Below, piece after piece: positions 41,535 through 52,757 of a stretch of 64,000 nt of DNA; positions within the stretch are counted from its first letter, which is position 1, and every line of letters starts with the position of its first letter. The stretch is from an uncultured Pelagibacteraceae bacterium (GTDB lineage: Bacteria > Pseudomonadota > Alphaproteobacteria > Pelagibacterales > Pelagibacteraceae). The DNA is taken from the NCBI GenBank assembly GCA_902632935.1, contig CACPEJ010000001.1, forward strand, positions 21,179 to 85,178, written 5' to 3'. The notes beneath the pieces are model-generated. The model made no database searches. It was given only the letters and a program-made list of their open reading frames with translations, and was not told the DNA's origin. Made by a program: the position numbers and the translations under genes.

Positions 41535-43720
41535 TGAAAATATTTTTTAAACTTTTTATAACTATATTATTTTTAATATTTATTACTTTAACGTACCTAA
41601 GTATTTTTGGAGTTGAGACTGATAAATTTAATAGTCAAATAACAGAAAAAATTCGAAAATTTGATAAGAATTTAGAAGTTGAATTAAAAGAAATAAAATT
41701 AATTTTAGATCCATTTCAATTTAAACTTCAAGCTAAAACGATTGGCACAAATTTAATAAATCAAAGTAAAAAAATAGAAATTGAAAATATTAAAACACAA
41801 CTTTCTTTAAAGTCCTTAATAGAAGATAAGTTTTCAATTGAAAATTTAGAGATTTCATCAAAATCTCTTGAGTTAAAAAACTTAATTTCTTTTTTAAGAT
41901 CATTTAAAAATACTCCTGAACTATTCATAATGGAAAAAGCCATTAAAAAAGGATATTTGATTGCTGATTTAAAATTAGAATTTGATTCAAATGGAAATAT
42001 TAAAAGCAATTATGAGATCAATGGTCTTGTAAAAGATGTTGAATTAAATGTATTAAAAAAATACAATCTTCGCAAATTAGACTTTATTTTTGACTATAGT
42101 AGAAATAATTTCTTAGTTAAAGATCTTAATTTTAAATTTAATAGAGTAGGATTTTCGTCAGAAAAAGTATCAATAAAAAAAAAGAATGATGATTTTATTG
42201 TAGATGGCACTTTTGCGCACAAAAAGTCTGATTTAGATAAAAGAAATATAGATTTATTAGTAAAACCATTTTTACCAAATTTTGAAATAGAAAAAATATC
42301 ATTAACTTCAAATAATAATTTTTCTTTTGAAATACAAAAAGGATTTAAATTTGAAAATTTCAAAATTAATTCAGCAATACTAGTTCATGAATTGATAATA
42401 CCAAATAATTTGAAATTAAAAAGATTTTTTCCTAAACAAAAAAAAACAATTTCTCTCTTAGATCAAAAAATAAAATTACAATATGAAAAGAATAATTTTA
42501 CTATTGAGGGAAATGGAAATTTAAATTATCAAAATGAAAATGATTATATAGAGTATTTTTTTTCAAATAAGAATAAAACTGAAAATTTTGAAATAACTCT
42601 AAAAATAAAAGACAATCCTTTTAAAGTTGATTATTTAAATTACAAAAAAAAGGATAAAAATGAGGTTATTCTAAATTTTAAAGGATCTAAAAATAGAAAT
42701 AATGAACTTGTAATTGAAACTTTTAATCTTAATGAAGATGAAAACTATATTAAGATAAAAGATCTAGTCTTTAATGAAAAATTTCAAATTTCTAGATTAG
42801 ATGAATTAAATTTAGAATATCTTGATGATGATAAACAAAAAAACTCAATAAGATTAAAAATGAATAAAAAAAAATATTTTTTAACTGGGTCTAGTTTTAA
42901 TGCTGATAATTTAATTGAGGATCTATTATCAGATGACTATAAAGATACTAAAATTATAGATATTAATAGTAATTTGAAAATTGATGTAAAAAAAATTTTT
43001 TTAGATAGCGAATATCATTTATCAAATTTCAAAGGAGATATTTTAATCAAAAATAAAGAAATACACAAAGCTGACTTAATTGGAAGCTTTTCAAAAAATA
43101 AAAAACTAAAACTCACAATAAATAAAGATAATAATAATAAAATTACTACCTTGTTTGTTGATGAGGCAAAACCTATTGTAAAAAGATATAAATTTATAAA
43201 AGGTTTTGATGAAGGATCACTCGATTTCTTCAGTTCAAAAAAATCAAAAAAATCTGTTTCACAAATAAAAATTTATGATTTTAAATTAAAAGAGCTACCT
43301 ATATTGACAAAGATTCTCACGTTAGCATCCTTACAAGGTATTGCGGATATTTTATCTGGAGAAGGTATACGTTTCACGGAATTTGAAATGAATTTTAAAA
43401 ATGAGGGTGATTTAATGACCATAGAAGAAATCTATGCGATTGGTCCTGCAATATCTATTTTAATGGAGGGCTATGTTGAAAAAAATAAATTAATTAGTTT
43501 AAAGGGCACATTGGTGCCAGCCACAACAATTAATAATTTTATTGGTTCATTACCTATGCTAGGTGAAATATTAGTTGGAAAAAAAACCGGTGAGGGAGTA
43601 TTTGGAGTAAGTTTTAAGATCAAAGGTCCTCCAAAAAATTTAAAAACTTCAGTAAATCCTGTCAAAACTTTAACACCCAGATTTATTACAAGAACATTGG
43701 AAAAAATTAAAAAGAATTAA
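41534..43720 (+). CDS. AsmA-like/YhdP-type envelope protein
   Basis: N-terminal TM anchor, long beta-rich body, and AsmA_2-like C-terminus (LASLQGI, GTLVPA, NPVKTLTP). Confidence 0.8.
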   Translation: MKIFFKLFITILFLIFITLTYLSIFGVETDKFNSQITEKIRKFDKNLEVELKEIKLILDPFQFKLQAKTIGTNLINQSKKIEIENIKTQLSLKSLIEDKFSIENLEISSKSLELKNLISFLRSFKNTPELFIMEKAIKKGYLIADLKLEFDSNGNIKSNYEINGLVKDVELNVLKKYNLRKLDFIFDYSRNNFLVKDLNFKFNRVGFSSEKVSIKKKNDDFIVDGTFAHKKSDLDKRNIDLLVKPFLPNFEIEKISLTSNNNFSFEIQKGFKFENFKINSAILVHELIIPNNLKLKRFFPKQKKTISLLDQKIKLQYEKNNFTIEGNGNLNYQNENDYIEYFFSNKNKTENFEITLKIKDNPFKVDYLNYKKKDKNEVILNFKGSKNRNNELVIETFNLNEDENYIKIKDLVFNEKFQISRLDELNLEYLDDDKQKNSIRLKMNKKKYFLTGSSFNADNLIEDLLSDDYKDTKIIDINSNLKIDVKKIFLDSEYHLSNFKGDILIKNKEIHKADLIGSFSKNKKLKLTINKDNNNKITTLFVDEAKPIVKRYKFIKGFDEGSLDFFSSKKSKKSVSQIKIYDFKLKELPILTKILTLASLQGIADILSGEGIRFTEFEMNFKNEGDLMTIEEIYAIGPAISILMEGYVEKNKLISLKGTLVPATTINNFIGSLPMLGEILVGKKTGEGVFGVSFKIKGPPKNLKTSVNPVKTLTPRFITRTLEKIKKN

Positions 43721-44946
43721 CTTAACTCAATTTTTAGATGTCTTTTTTTTCCCACAGAAAGTTTTAAATAATTTTGTCTGAATAATTCATAAGAAATAAT
43801 CAGATTTTCTTGAGATATAATTTCATCATTCAGTTTTATTGCATTTCCTTTAATAAGACGTCTGATTTCACTTTTTGAATTTTCTAATTTAGATAAGATC
43901 ACGAGATCTATAATACTAATTTTATTTTCAATATCAGCTTTCTTAATTTTAATTGAAGGTAAATTTGAACCAAGCGAAGTTCCTGAGAAAGCTTCTTTTG
44001 CCGCTTGTTCTGAACTTTTAGCAGCTTTTAAACCATGAAGCATAGTAGTTGTCTCGTTAGCTAGCTTAATTTTAAGTTTATTAATATCTTCATCCTTAAT
44101 TTTATCAATTTCTTTAATATCTAAATCTGTGAACATCTTTAAAAATTTTATTACATCTCTGTCATCGATATTTCTCCAAAATTGCCAATAGTCATATGAT
44201 GATAATAATTTTTCATCTAACCAAATAGCACCTGACTCAGTTTTTCCCATTTTTGCTCCTGAGGATAATGTAATGAGAGGGGTAGTTAAACCATAAGCTT
44301 GTTTACTAGAATACCTTTTTATAAGTTCTGTTCCATTGACAATGTTTCCCCATTGATCAGAACCTCCTATTTGTAAGGAACAATTCTCTTTTATATTTAG
44401 CTCTAAAAAATCATAAGCTTGCAAAATCATATAATTAAATTCCATATAACTTAAAGATTGTTCTCTATCCAATCTAGTTTTAACGCTTTCGAAAGTAAGC
44501 ATTTTATTGATTGTAAAATGTTTTCCTATTTCTCTTAGAAATGAAATATAATTTAAATTTTTGAGCCAAGAATAATTATTTACAAAAATAGGTTTTGTTT
44601 TTGGATCGTTATTATTTAAAAATTTTTTTAATATTTTTTCAATATTTTTTGTATTTTTATCTATTTCTTTTTCAGTTAAAATTTTCCTTGTTTTGTCTTT
44701 ACCTGAAGGATCTCCAATTCTGGTAGTCCCTCCACCTAATAAGACAATCGGTCTGTGCCCATATTTTTGAAGAAGTCTAAGACACATGATTTGAAGCAAA
44801 CTTCCAATATGAAGACTTTCAGCAGTACAATCAAAACCTATGTAACCTTTAATTTTTTCTTTATCTATTAATTTGGATAATTCATTTTCATTCGTGCATT
44901 GATAGAAGTAGCCTCTATCTTTAAATTCTTTTAAAAATTTATCCAT
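43717..44946 (-). CDS. tyrS: Tyrosine--tRNA ligase
   Basis: HIGS, QIGGSDQWGN and KMGKT motifs plus an S4-like tail. Likely start is ATG 44946; GTG 44964 is an alternative. Confidence 0.97.
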   Translation of the reverse strand: MDKFLKEFKDRGYFYQCTNENELSKLIDKEKIKGYIGFDCTAESLHIGSLLQIMCLRLLQKYGHRPIVLLGGGTTRIGDPSGKDKTRKILTEKEIDKNTKNIEKILKKFLNNNDPKTKPIFVNNYSWLKNLNYISFLREIGKHFTINKMLTFESVKTRLDREQSLSYMEFNYMILQAYDFLELNIKENCSLQIGGSDQWGNIVNGTELIKRYSSKQAYGLTTPLITLSSGAKMGKTESGAIWLDEKLLSSYDYWQFWRNIDDRDVIKFLKMFTDLDIKEIDKIKDEDINKLKIKLANETTTMLHGLKAAKSSEQAAKEAFSGTSLGSNLPSIKIKKADIENKISIIDLVILSKLENSKSEIRRLIKGNAIKLNDEIISQENLIISYELFRQNYLKLSVGKKRHLKIELS

Positions 44947-44993
44947 AAGTCTATAGTTCCACAATATACATTATTTAATAAAAAAAAGTAAGA

Positions 44994-46139
44994 ATGGATA
45001 AGATTTATACAGCAATGGGTTTAATGAGTGGTACCTCATCAGATGGAGTAGATGTATCCATAATTAAGTCAGATGGTAATCAAGAATTTTCAATATTAAT
45101 CGATAAATATTTTCAGTATGATGAGGAATTAACTCAAAAAATACTTAAAATTAGGGATAAAATCTTAAGTCCAGATAATTTAATCAAATATCAAGTTGAA
45201 ATCAAAGATTTAGAAAGAGAAATAACTTTATTTCATTTTAAGGCTGTTAATAAGAGCCTTGAATTATCAAAATCTGATGTCGATTTAATTGGTTTCCATG
45301 GTCAAACGATATTTCATGCTCCAGAAAAAAGAATTACAAAACAATTGGGTGACGGATTGCTACTATCTCAATTAACGAAAAAGAAAGTTATTTATAATTT
45401 TAGACAAAATGATTTAGAAAATGGGGGGCAGGGCGCTCCTCTAGCGCCAATCTTTCATAATGCTTTAGCTAATGAATTAAATAAAAAATTTAATTTAGGT
45501 TTTCCAATGAATATTCTTAATATTGGAGGTATTTCTAATGTAACGTCTACAATAGAATATAATAATTTGGATTTAGAAGAAAAAATTTATGCATGTGATA
45601 TTGGACCTGGCAATTGTTTGATAGATGAATGGATGAGAAAAAATTCAAAAAAAGGGTATGACAAAGAAGGTTTAGTAGCAAGATCTGGAAAAACAGACAA
45701 ATTAATTTTAAATCAAGCTTTGGACAATTTTACTGAACAATCTAATTTTGAAAAATCTTTAGATATTAAAAATTTTGATATTTTTTTTGCAAAAGGACTT
45801 TCATTAGAGGATGGTGCTGCAACAATTACGGATTTCACCGCGAAATTAATTTCCAATGGAATGAATTTTATTCACAATAAGAATAATTCTCAAAAAAGTA
45901 AATGGTTAGTATGTGGGGGAGGGAGAAAAAATAAATATCTCTTAGAAAGTATAAAAAGTAATTTTGATGATATAAATCTTAATTCAATTGATCAATATGG
46001 ATTAGATGGAGACTTTATCGAGTCCCAAGCTTTTGCTTTTTTAGCGATAAGATCATTAAAAGGTATGCCTATTTCATTTCCAAATACAACTAGATGTATA
46101 AAATCGGTAACTGGTGGAGTTTTAGTCGAAAATTTTTAA
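44994..46139 (+). CDS. anmK: Anhydro-N-acetylmuramic acid kinase
   Basis: GLMSGTSSDG, GFHGQT, GGQGAPL, NIGGISN, GPGN and CGGG motifs. Confidence 0.96.
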   Translation: MDKIYTAMGLMSGTSSDGVDVSIIKSDGNQEFSILIDKYFQYDEELTQKILKIRDKILSPDNLIKYQVEIKDLEREITLFHFKAVNKSLELSKSDVDLIGFHGQTIFHAPEKRITKQLGDGLLLSQLTKKKVIYNFRQNDLENGGQGAPLAPIFHNALANELNKKFNLGFPMNILNIGGISNVTSTIEYNNLDLEEKIYACDIGPGNCLIDEWMRKNSKKGYDKEGLVARSGKTDKLILNQALDNFTEQSNFEKSLDIKNFDIFFAKGLSLEDGAATITDFTAKLISNGMNFIHNKNNSQKSKWLVCGGGRKNKYLLESIKSNFDDINLNSIDQYGLDGDFIESQAFAFLAIRSLKGMPISFPNTTRCIKSVTGGVLVENF

Positions 46140-46792
46140 TACAAAGCTGTTTCTTTTTTAATGTATTTATCAAGAGACTTTGAAAGTGCATTCTCATTTT
46201 TTGAAAAAAAATGATTTGCTTCTGAGATTGATTGAAATTCAACTTTAATACCTTTTTGCGCACTTAATCTTTTATTTAGTTCATTGATATGTTCAACAGG
46301 TACCAATTCATCTTTTTTTCCATAAATCATTATTCCAGAAGTTGGACACGGAGACAAAAATGAAAAATCATAAACATTTGGTTGGGGAGAGATTGCGACA
46401 AATCTATTTATCTCTGGTCTCCTCATTAAAAGTTGCATAGCAATCAATGACCCAAAAGAAAAACCTGAAACCCAACACTGAGAATTATCAAAATTTTCCC
46501 TCTCTAACCAATCAAGAGCAGCTGCAGCATCTGCTAATTCACCTTGGCCATTGTCAAATTCTCCATCACTCTTTCCAACGCCTCTAAAATTTACTCTGCA
46601 AACTGAAAAATCATTTTCCATAAAAGTATGAAAAGTTTCCACGACAACTTTATTATTCATTGTCCCTCCATACTGAGGATGCGGTTGTAAAACTAAAGCT
46701 ATTGGTGAAGTATTTTTTTTACTCTTATAATATTTGGCTTCAAGTCTACCTGCAGGTCCTGGAATAAATATTTCTAATATTTTATTTTCCAT
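46136..46792 (-). CDS. Alpha/beta hydrolase
   Basis: GPAGRLE, PHPQYGGTMNN and GFSFG motifs; conserved neighbour of iscR in alphaproteobacteria. Confidence 0.9.
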   Translation of the reverse strand: MENKILEIFIPGPAGRLEAKYYKSKKNTSPIALVLQPHPQYGGTMNNKVVVETFHTFMENDFSVCRVNFRGVGKSDGEFDNGQGELADAAAALDWLERENFDNSQCWVSGFSFGSLIAMQLLMRRPEINRFVAISPQPNVYDFSFLSPCPTSGIMIYGKKDELVPVEHINELNKRLSAQKGIKVEFQSISEANHFFSKNENALSKSLDKYIKKETALY

Positions 46793-46874
46793 AATTGTTA
46801 TTGATTATTATTCTCAAAAAAAAATTAGGTTTATCACAACTGCGTGACAAAATGTTAGCTTTTTTTTACTCATG

Positions 46875-46899
46875 ATACTTGACTATTTTGGTCAGGTTT
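46875..46899 (+). promoter_or_regulatory. IscR type-1 operator overlapping the iscR-suf promoter
   Basis: ATACTTGACTATTTTGGTCAGGTTT matches ATASYYGACTRWWWYAGTCRRSTAT at 23 of 25 positions and contains the -35-like TTGACT. Confidence 0.85.
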
Positions 46900-46926
46900 A
46901 TATATACCCCAATAAAATAAGGAATT

Positions 46927-47352
46927 ATGAGACTTACTTCTAAAGGCAGATATGCGGTAATGGCTTTAGTGGATTTGGCTAGATTCGATGGAATTAATCC
47001 AGTTTCTCTAAGAGATATATCTTTAAGACAAGGCATTTCGTTAGATTATTTAGAACAAATTTTTTCAAAATTGAGAAAAAAAGAAATTGTTCAAAGCGTT
47101 AGAGGAACTCAAGGTGGATATATTTTAAATAGGAAAGCTAAAGAAATAAAATTAACAAATATTTTTGATGCAGTAGACGAAAAAGTAAAAACTGTCCAAT
47201 GTAAAAAAGAGTCAAAAAAAGGATGCAATGGTAAATCTACAAAATGTTTAACTCACAATCTTTGGGATGAACTTGAAACTCATATCAATAATTTTTTTGA
47301 TAAAAAAAGTTTAGACGACTTAGTAAAAGAAAACTTTGAAAGAAGATTATAA
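46927..47352 (+). CDS. iscR: Rrf2-family Fe-S cluster regulator IscR
   Basis: [17 protein letters not shown] and RGTQGGY motifs; three Cys plus the CLTH His are retained. Confidence 0.92.
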   Translation: MRLTSKGRYAVMALVDLARFDGINPVSLRDISLRQGISLDYLEQIFSKLRKKEIVQSVRGTQGGYILNRKAKEIKLTNIFDAVDEKVKTVQCKKESKKGCNGKSTKCLTHNLWDELETHINNFFDKKSLDDLVKENFERRL

Positions 47353-47353
47353 A

Positions 47354-48796
47354 ATGGATACTAGAGAAAAAGATATAGAAAATTTAAAAGATTATAAATA
47401 CGGTTTTACAACTGATATTGAAAATATTAGAGCACCAAAAGGTCTAAATGAAAATATAATCAAGTTTATTTCAAATATTAAAAAAGAGCCTAAATGGATG
47501 TTGGATTTTAGATTAAAAGCATTTGAAAGATTTAAGCTTCTCAAAGAGCCTAACTGGCAAAAACCTAAGTATCCTAAAATTGATTATCAAGATTTATATT
47601 ACTATTCGGCTCCGAAAAGCATGAAGGATAAACCTAAGAGCTTAGACGAATTAGATCCTAAACTTTTAGAAACTTATAATAAATTAGGAATTCCCCTTCA
47701 AGAGCAAGCAAGATTAAATGGAATAGCTGTGGATGCGGTATTTGATTCTGTTTCAGTAGCCACAACATTTAAAGGTGAATTAACAAAACATGGAATCATT
47801 TTTTGTTCAATGTCAGAAGCAATACAAAAACATCCTGATTTGGTAAAAAAATATTTAGGAACAGTAATTCCAACAACAGATCATTTTTTTGCGACATTAA
47901 ACTCTGCTGTTTTTACCGATGGGTCATTTGTTTATATTCCTGAGGGTGTAAAGTGTCCAATGGAGCTCTCGACCTATTTCAGAATTAACGCATCAGAAAC
48001 TGGTCAATTTGAAAGAACTTTAATTATTGCTGATAAAGGAAGTTACGTGAGTTATTTAGAGGGCTGTACTGCACCGATGAGAGATGAAAATCAATTACAC
48101 GCTGCTAACGTTGAACTAATAGCTCTTGATGATGCTGAGATTAAATATTCAACTGTTCAAAACTGGTACCCAGGAGATGAAAATGGAAAAGGGGGAATTT
48201 ATAATTTTGTAACTAAAAGAGGACTATGTAAGGGAAAAAATTCTAAGATTTCTTGGACACAGGTAGAGACAGGTTCTGCTATAACTTGGAAATACCCTAG
48301 TTGTATTTTAAAGGGTGATAACTCAATTGGAGAATTTTATTCAATAGCAATTACAAACAATCATCAAAAAGCAGATACAGGGACAAAGATGATCCACCTT
48401 GGTAAAAATACTAAAAGTAAAATAATTTCCAAAGGTATTAGTGCCGGATTTTCTGATATGACCTATAGAGGATTAGTAGATATAAATTCAAAAGCAAAAA
48501 ATTCTAGTAATTATACCCAATGTGACTCTCTTTTAATGGGAAATAAATGTGGAGCACATACTGTTCCTTATATAAAGAACAAAAATTTCGACTCAAATGT
48601 TGCTCATGAAGCAACAACGTCAAAAATAAGTGAGGAGCAATTACACTATTGTCAACAAAGAGGATTAAATCCTGAGGAAGCTGTTGGGTTAATCGTTAAT
48701 GGATTTTGCAAAGAAGTTCTTCAGCAATTACCAATGGAGTTTGCTGTAGAGGCACAAAAACTTGTTGGAATTAGTCTTGAAGGGAGCGTGGGTTAA
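47354..48796 (+). CDS. sufB: Fe-S assembly protein SufB
   Basis: [27 protein letters not shown] and HEAT motifs; likely start ATG 47354. Confidence 0.97.
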   Translation: MDTREKDIENLKDYKYGFTTDIENIRAPKGLNENIIKFISNIKKEPKWMLDFRLKAFERFKLLKEPNWQKPKYPKIDYQDLYYYSAPKSMKDKPKSLDELDPKLLETYNKLGIPLQEQARLNGIAVDAVFDSVSVATTFKGELTKHGIIFCSMSEAIQKHPDLVKKYLGTVIPTTDHFFATLNSAVFTDGSFVYIPEGVKCPMELSTYFRINASETGQFERTLIIADKGSYVSYLEGCTAPMRDENQLHAANVELIALDDAEIKYSTVQNWYPGDENGKGGIYNFVTKRGLCKGKNSKISWTQVETGSAITWKYPSCILKGDNSIGEFYSIAITNNHQKADTGTKMIHLGKNTKSKIISKGISAGFSDMTYRGLVDINSKAKNSSNYTQCDSLLMGNKCGAHTVPYIKNKNFDSNVAHEATTSKISEEQLHYCQQRGLNPEEAVGLIVNGFCKEVLQQLPMEFAVEAQKLVGISLEGSVG

Positions 48797-49530
48797 TGCT
48801 GAAAATTAATAACTTAAACGCAAATGTTGAAAATAAGTCAATTTTAAAAGGATTTTCACTAAATATAAACCCAGGTGAAGTTCATGCAATAATGGGTCCC
48901 AATGGCTCTGGAAAAAGTACTTTATCTAATATTTTATCGGGAAAAAAAGGTTACGAGGTATCTGGAGAAATATTATTTGAAAATAAAAATTTATTTGAAC
49001 TTGAAACTGAGGAAAGAGCGCACAAAGGTATATTTTTAGCCTTCCAATACCCTTTAGAAATTCCTGGGGTAAATACTAATATTTTTTTAAAGACTTCTTT
49101 AAATGCAATTAGAAAAGCTCGTGGACAAAAAGAACTTGATGCTATCGAGTTTTTAAAACTCGTAAAAGAAAAAGCTAAGGAACTTAAATTTGATGAAGAA
49201 AAACTTAATAGGCAATTAAATGTAGGCTTTTCTGGTGGAGAAAAAAAGAAAAACGAAATTCTACAAATGTCAATGCTGGCGCCAAAACTTTCAATTTTAG
49301 ATGAAACAGACTCAGGTTTAGATATAGATGCTCTAAAAATAGTTGCAGATGGTGTGAACACATTAAGGAATAATGAAAATTCTTTTTTAATCATTACTCA
49401 TTATCAAAGACTATTAGATTATATTAAGCCAGATTTCGTTCACGTTTTAATGAATGGAAAAATTATTAAATCAGGTGGACCTGAACTTGCAAAAGAATTA
49501 GAAAAAAAAGGATATGAGAGTTTTAATTAG
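48796..49530 (+). CDS. sufC: Fe-S assembly ATPase SufC
   Basis: GPNGSGKST, FSGGEKK and DETDSGLDID motifs. Confidence 0.97.
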   Translation: MLKINNLNANVENKSILKGFSLNINPGEVHAIMGPNGSGKSTLSNILSGKKGYEVSGEILFENKNLFELETEERAHKGIFLAFQYPLEIPGVNTNIFLKTSLNAIRKARGQKELDAIEFLKLVKEKAKELKFDEEKLNRQLNVGFSGGEKKKNEILQMSMLAPKLSILDETDSGLDIDALKIVADGVNTLRNNENSFLIITHYQRLLDYIKPDFVHVLMNGKIIKSGGPELAKELEKKGYESFN

Positions 49531-50778
49531 ATGAAGGAACAATTAAAAATAGATTTTAACAAAATAAAAGAAGTTTCTAATTTTTCAAATAGAGATATTG
49601 AGATAAAAAAGTCTTACCTAAATAAATTTATTGAAAATGGTTTCCCAAATAGAAAACAAGAAGATTGGAAGTTTTTAGATATAAATCAAATAATTAGTAA
49701 TAATATTTCAGATTTGAGTTTTTATAATGATTATTCAATTGAAAATAAGATTGATTCCTCAATTTTTATAGATGATTTAGAACATAATAAAATTATTTTT
49801 ATTAATGGAAGAATTGAAAAAATTGACTTTAGTTATGAGGATAAAAAACAGATTGAAATAATTGAGGACTCTTACACAATTGATAAGTCTGAAAACGATA
49901 ATTCATTAATTGATTTGAATATTGCATTTAGTAATAAACATTTTAAAATTTTAATTAAAAAAGGCTACTCATTAAAAAAACCCTTAATCATTTATCATTT
50001 GACTAATGAGAAAATGAAATCAAAGAATATTAATTTAAGGTTAGATTTTGAGCTTGAACAAAACAGCTCACTAAAATTAATAGATTTCTTTACTGATGAT
50101 AGTGAAAAAAATTTTATGAATATTTTTTATAATTTTAATTTGGATAGAGATGCGATTCTTAAAAATTATAAAATTGATAAGTCGTTGAATAAAAATCTAA
50201 AATATTCATTTAATGATATTAATCAAAAACAAAATAGTATTTCTGAAACTTTTGTTTTTTCTGCAGGTTCAGATTATTTCAAAAATGAGATAAATTGTAA
50301 TCTAAAAGGCAAATATTCTTCAGCATTTATAAATGGTATTTTTTCGTTAGATGATAATAAACAGCACGAAATAAGAACTACTATAAATCATTTGGTTGAA
50401 AATACAAAAAGCTATCAGTTAATTAAGAGTGTGCTTGGAAAAAATACAAAGTCTGCTTATCAAGGAAGAATATATGTAGACTCAAAGGCTCAGAAAACAG
50501 ATGGATATCAATTAAGTAAAGCAATTTTGTTAGATGAAACCTCAGAGTTTAACGCAAAACCAGAATTAGAAATTTATGCTGATGATGTTAAATGTTCTCA
50601 TGGATCAGCATCTGGTTGTCTTGATGATAATTCAATTTTTTATTTAATGTCTAGAGGACTAAACTATAAACAAGCTAAAGGACTATTGATAAATGGTTTT
50701 TTACTCGATGTAATCGAAAAGATTACTGATGCTGAAATTAAAGATTTATTAAAAAAAATGATTGGTTTAAAAAAATGA
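49531..50778 (+). CDS. sufD: Fe-S assembly protein SufD
   Basis: EDWKF, KPELEIYADDVKCSHG and FYLMSRG motifs. Confidence 0.95.
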   Translation: MKEQLKIDFNKIKEVSNFSNRDIEIKKSYLNKFIENGFPNRKQEDWKFLDINQIISNNISDLSFYNDYSIENKIDSSIFIDDLEHNKIIFINGRIEKIDFSYEDKKQIEIIEDSYTIDKSENDNSLIDLNIAFSNKHFKILIKKGYSLKKPLIIYHLTNEKMKSKNINLRLDFELEQNSSLKLIDFFTDDSEKNFMNIFYNFNLDRDAILKNYKIDKSLNKNLKYSFNDINQKQNSISETFVFSAGSDYFKNEINCNLKGKYSSAFINGIFSLDDNKQHEIRTTINHLVENTKSYQLIKSVLGKNTKSAYQGRIYVDSKAQKTDGYQLSKAILLDETSEFNAKPELEIYADDVKCSHGSASGCLDDNSIFYLMSRGLNYKQAKGLLINGFLLDVIEKITDAEIKDLLKKMIGLKK

Positions 50779-51995
50779 ACATAGATAATATTAAAAAAGA
50801 GTTTCCTATCTTTGATGAAAAGATACAAAACAATGATCTAGTTTATTTGGACAGTGCTAACTCTTCTCAAAAACCTAAAGTTGTTATTGATAGAATAAAC
50901 GAATTCTATACTAAAGAATTTTCAAATGTGGGCCGAAGTATTCATTATTTGGCAGTGGCAGCTACAAATTTATATGAAAATACACGATCTTCCGTCCAAA
51001 AATATATTAATGCAAAAGATAAAAATGAGATTGTATTTACTAAGGGTGCAACTGAAGCCCTCAATTTGGTTGCTAATACACTTGGCCAAAAGTATTTGAA
51101 TGAAGGTGACGAAATTTTACTCACTGAGTTAGAGCATCATTCAAATTATGTACCATGGCACTATTTGAGAAAATCAAAAAATATAAAGATTAATTTTGCT
51201 GAAATAAATGAGGATGGAGAAATTCCAATTGAAAATATTGAAAAAAAGATTACACCAAAAACAAAGGTGATTGCCATTAATCATCTATCGAATGTCACTG
51301 GCGCAATCCTGCCAATCAAAGAGATTACTGAGCTTGCACACGCAAAAGATATAATTGTTGTTGTAGATGGATGCCAAGGTGCACCACATTTGAAACTTGA
51401 TATGCAAGATCTGGATTGTGATTTTTATGCAATTTCTTGTCATAAAATGTATGGACCGACTGGACTTGGAATTTTGTATGGAAAAAAAAAATGGCTTGAA
51501 GAATTACCGCCTTATCAAGGTGGTGGTGGAATGATTAAAGAAGTTAAAAAAGATCGTATTACTTATGGTGATCTTCCAAATAAGTATGAAGCAGGCACTA
51601 TGGCCACTGCACAGGTGATAGCTTTTGATAAGTCTATCAAATTTTTAGAAAGTATTGGAATTGAAAATATAATTAAACATGAAAAAGAATTAATAGAATA
51701 TGGTCAAGAAATTTTAAAAAAGAATAATTCAGTAAAATTAATTGGTAATCCAAAAAATAAAGGCGGTGTAATATCGTTTACGATTGAAGGGGTACATCCA
51801 CATGACATAGCGACAATACTTGACGAAGATGGAGTAGCTATTAGGGCTGGACACCATTGCTGTCAAATATTACACGACAAACTTGAAATACCTGCAAGTG
51901 CAAGAGCATCAGTAGGAGTCTATAATACTAAAAGTGATTTTGATCAATTAAATGAGTCAATAAACAAATGTAAAAAAATTTTTGATTTAAAATGA
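50775..51995 (+). CDS. sufS: Cysteine desulfurase SufS
   Basis: YLDSA, EHHSN, HKMYGPTG and RAGHHC motifs. Confidence 0.96.
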   Translation: MNIDNIKKEFPIFDEKIQNNDLVYLDSANSSQKPKVVIDRINEFYTKEFSNVGRSIHYLAVAATNLYENTRSSVQKYINAKDKNEIVFTKGATEALNLVANTLGQKYLNEGDEILLTELEHHSNYVPWHYLRKSKNIKINFAEINEDGEIPIENIEKKITPKTKVIAINHLSNVTGAILPIKEITELAHAKDIIVVVDGCQGAPHLKLDMQDLDCDFYAISCHKMYGPTGLGILYGKKKWLEELPPYQGGGGMIKEVKKDRITYGDLPNKYEAGTMATAQVIAFDKSIKFLESIGIENIIKHEKELIEYGQEILKKNNSVKLIGNPKNKGGVISFTIEGVHPHDIATILDEDGVAIRAGHHCCQILHDKLEIPASARASVGVYNTKSDFDQLNESINKCKKIFDLK

Positions 51996-52456
51996 ATTTA
52001 AAAGAATTATATCAAGAAATAATTTTAGAACATGGAAAAAATCCAAGAAATTTAAGGAAGACTGAGAATTTTAATAAAGATGCGAAAGGGAATAATCCTT
52101 TATGTGGGGATAATGTGCATGTTTATTTAAAACTGAACAATCAAAAAAAAGTTGAAGATATTTCTTTTGAAGGAAGTGGTTGTGCTATATCAATGGCTTC
52201 AGCTTCAATAATGACAGATTTGATTAAAGGCAAAAGTGACAATGAAGCAAAGGAGATCATAGATGATTTTCTGGGAATGATAAAAGAAAATCCTGAATTA
52301 AAGTCTACAATTTTAGAAGAAGATGATAAAACAAAACTAATGTGTCTATCAGGAGTAAAACAATATCCTATGAGAGTAAAATGTGCTACTTTATCATGGC
52401 ATACTTTGATTTCTGCAATGGAAGATGATGGAAACCAAGTGAGTACAGAAGATTAA
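51992..52456 (+). CDS. sufU: SufU (NifU-type) sulfur-transfer/scaffold protein
   Basis: NPLCGD, GCAISMASAS and RVKCA motifs. Confidence 0.92.
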   Translation: MNLKELYQEIILEHGKNPRNLRKTENFNKDAKGNNPLCGDNVHVYLKLNNQKKVEDISFEGSGCAISMASASIMTDLIKGKSDNEAKEIIDDFLGMIKENPELKSTILEEDDKTKLMCLSGVKQYPMRVKCATLSWHTLISAMEDDGNQVSTED

Positions 52457-52460
52457 TATT

Positions 52461-52757
52461 ATGGAAATAAAAGAAAAAATTATAAATGAAATTAGAAAAA
52501 TTTATGATCCTGAGTTACCAGTTAATATTTATGAACTTGGTTTAATTTATGATATTCAAGTAAAAGGAAAAAAAGCTGAAATTAAAATGACCTTAACCAC
52601 ACCAAATTGTCCTGTTGCAGAAAGTTTACCAAAAGAAGTAAAAGAAGGAGCTATGCAAGTTGAAGAAATTGATGATGTTGATCTTCAATTAGTTTGGGAC
52701 CCACCTTGGAACAAAGATATGATGTCAGATGCTGCTAAGTTGGAGTTAAATTTGTAA
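52461..52757 (+). CDS. sufT: SufT/DUF59 Fe-S assembly protein
   Basis: DPELPVNIYELGLIY, MTLTTPNCP and WDPPW motifs. Confidence 0.92.
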   Translation: MEIKEKIINEIRKIYDPELPVNIYELGLIYDIQVKGKKAEIKMTLTTPNCPVAESLPKEVKEGAMQVEEIDDVDLQLVWDPPWNKDMMSDAAKLELNL

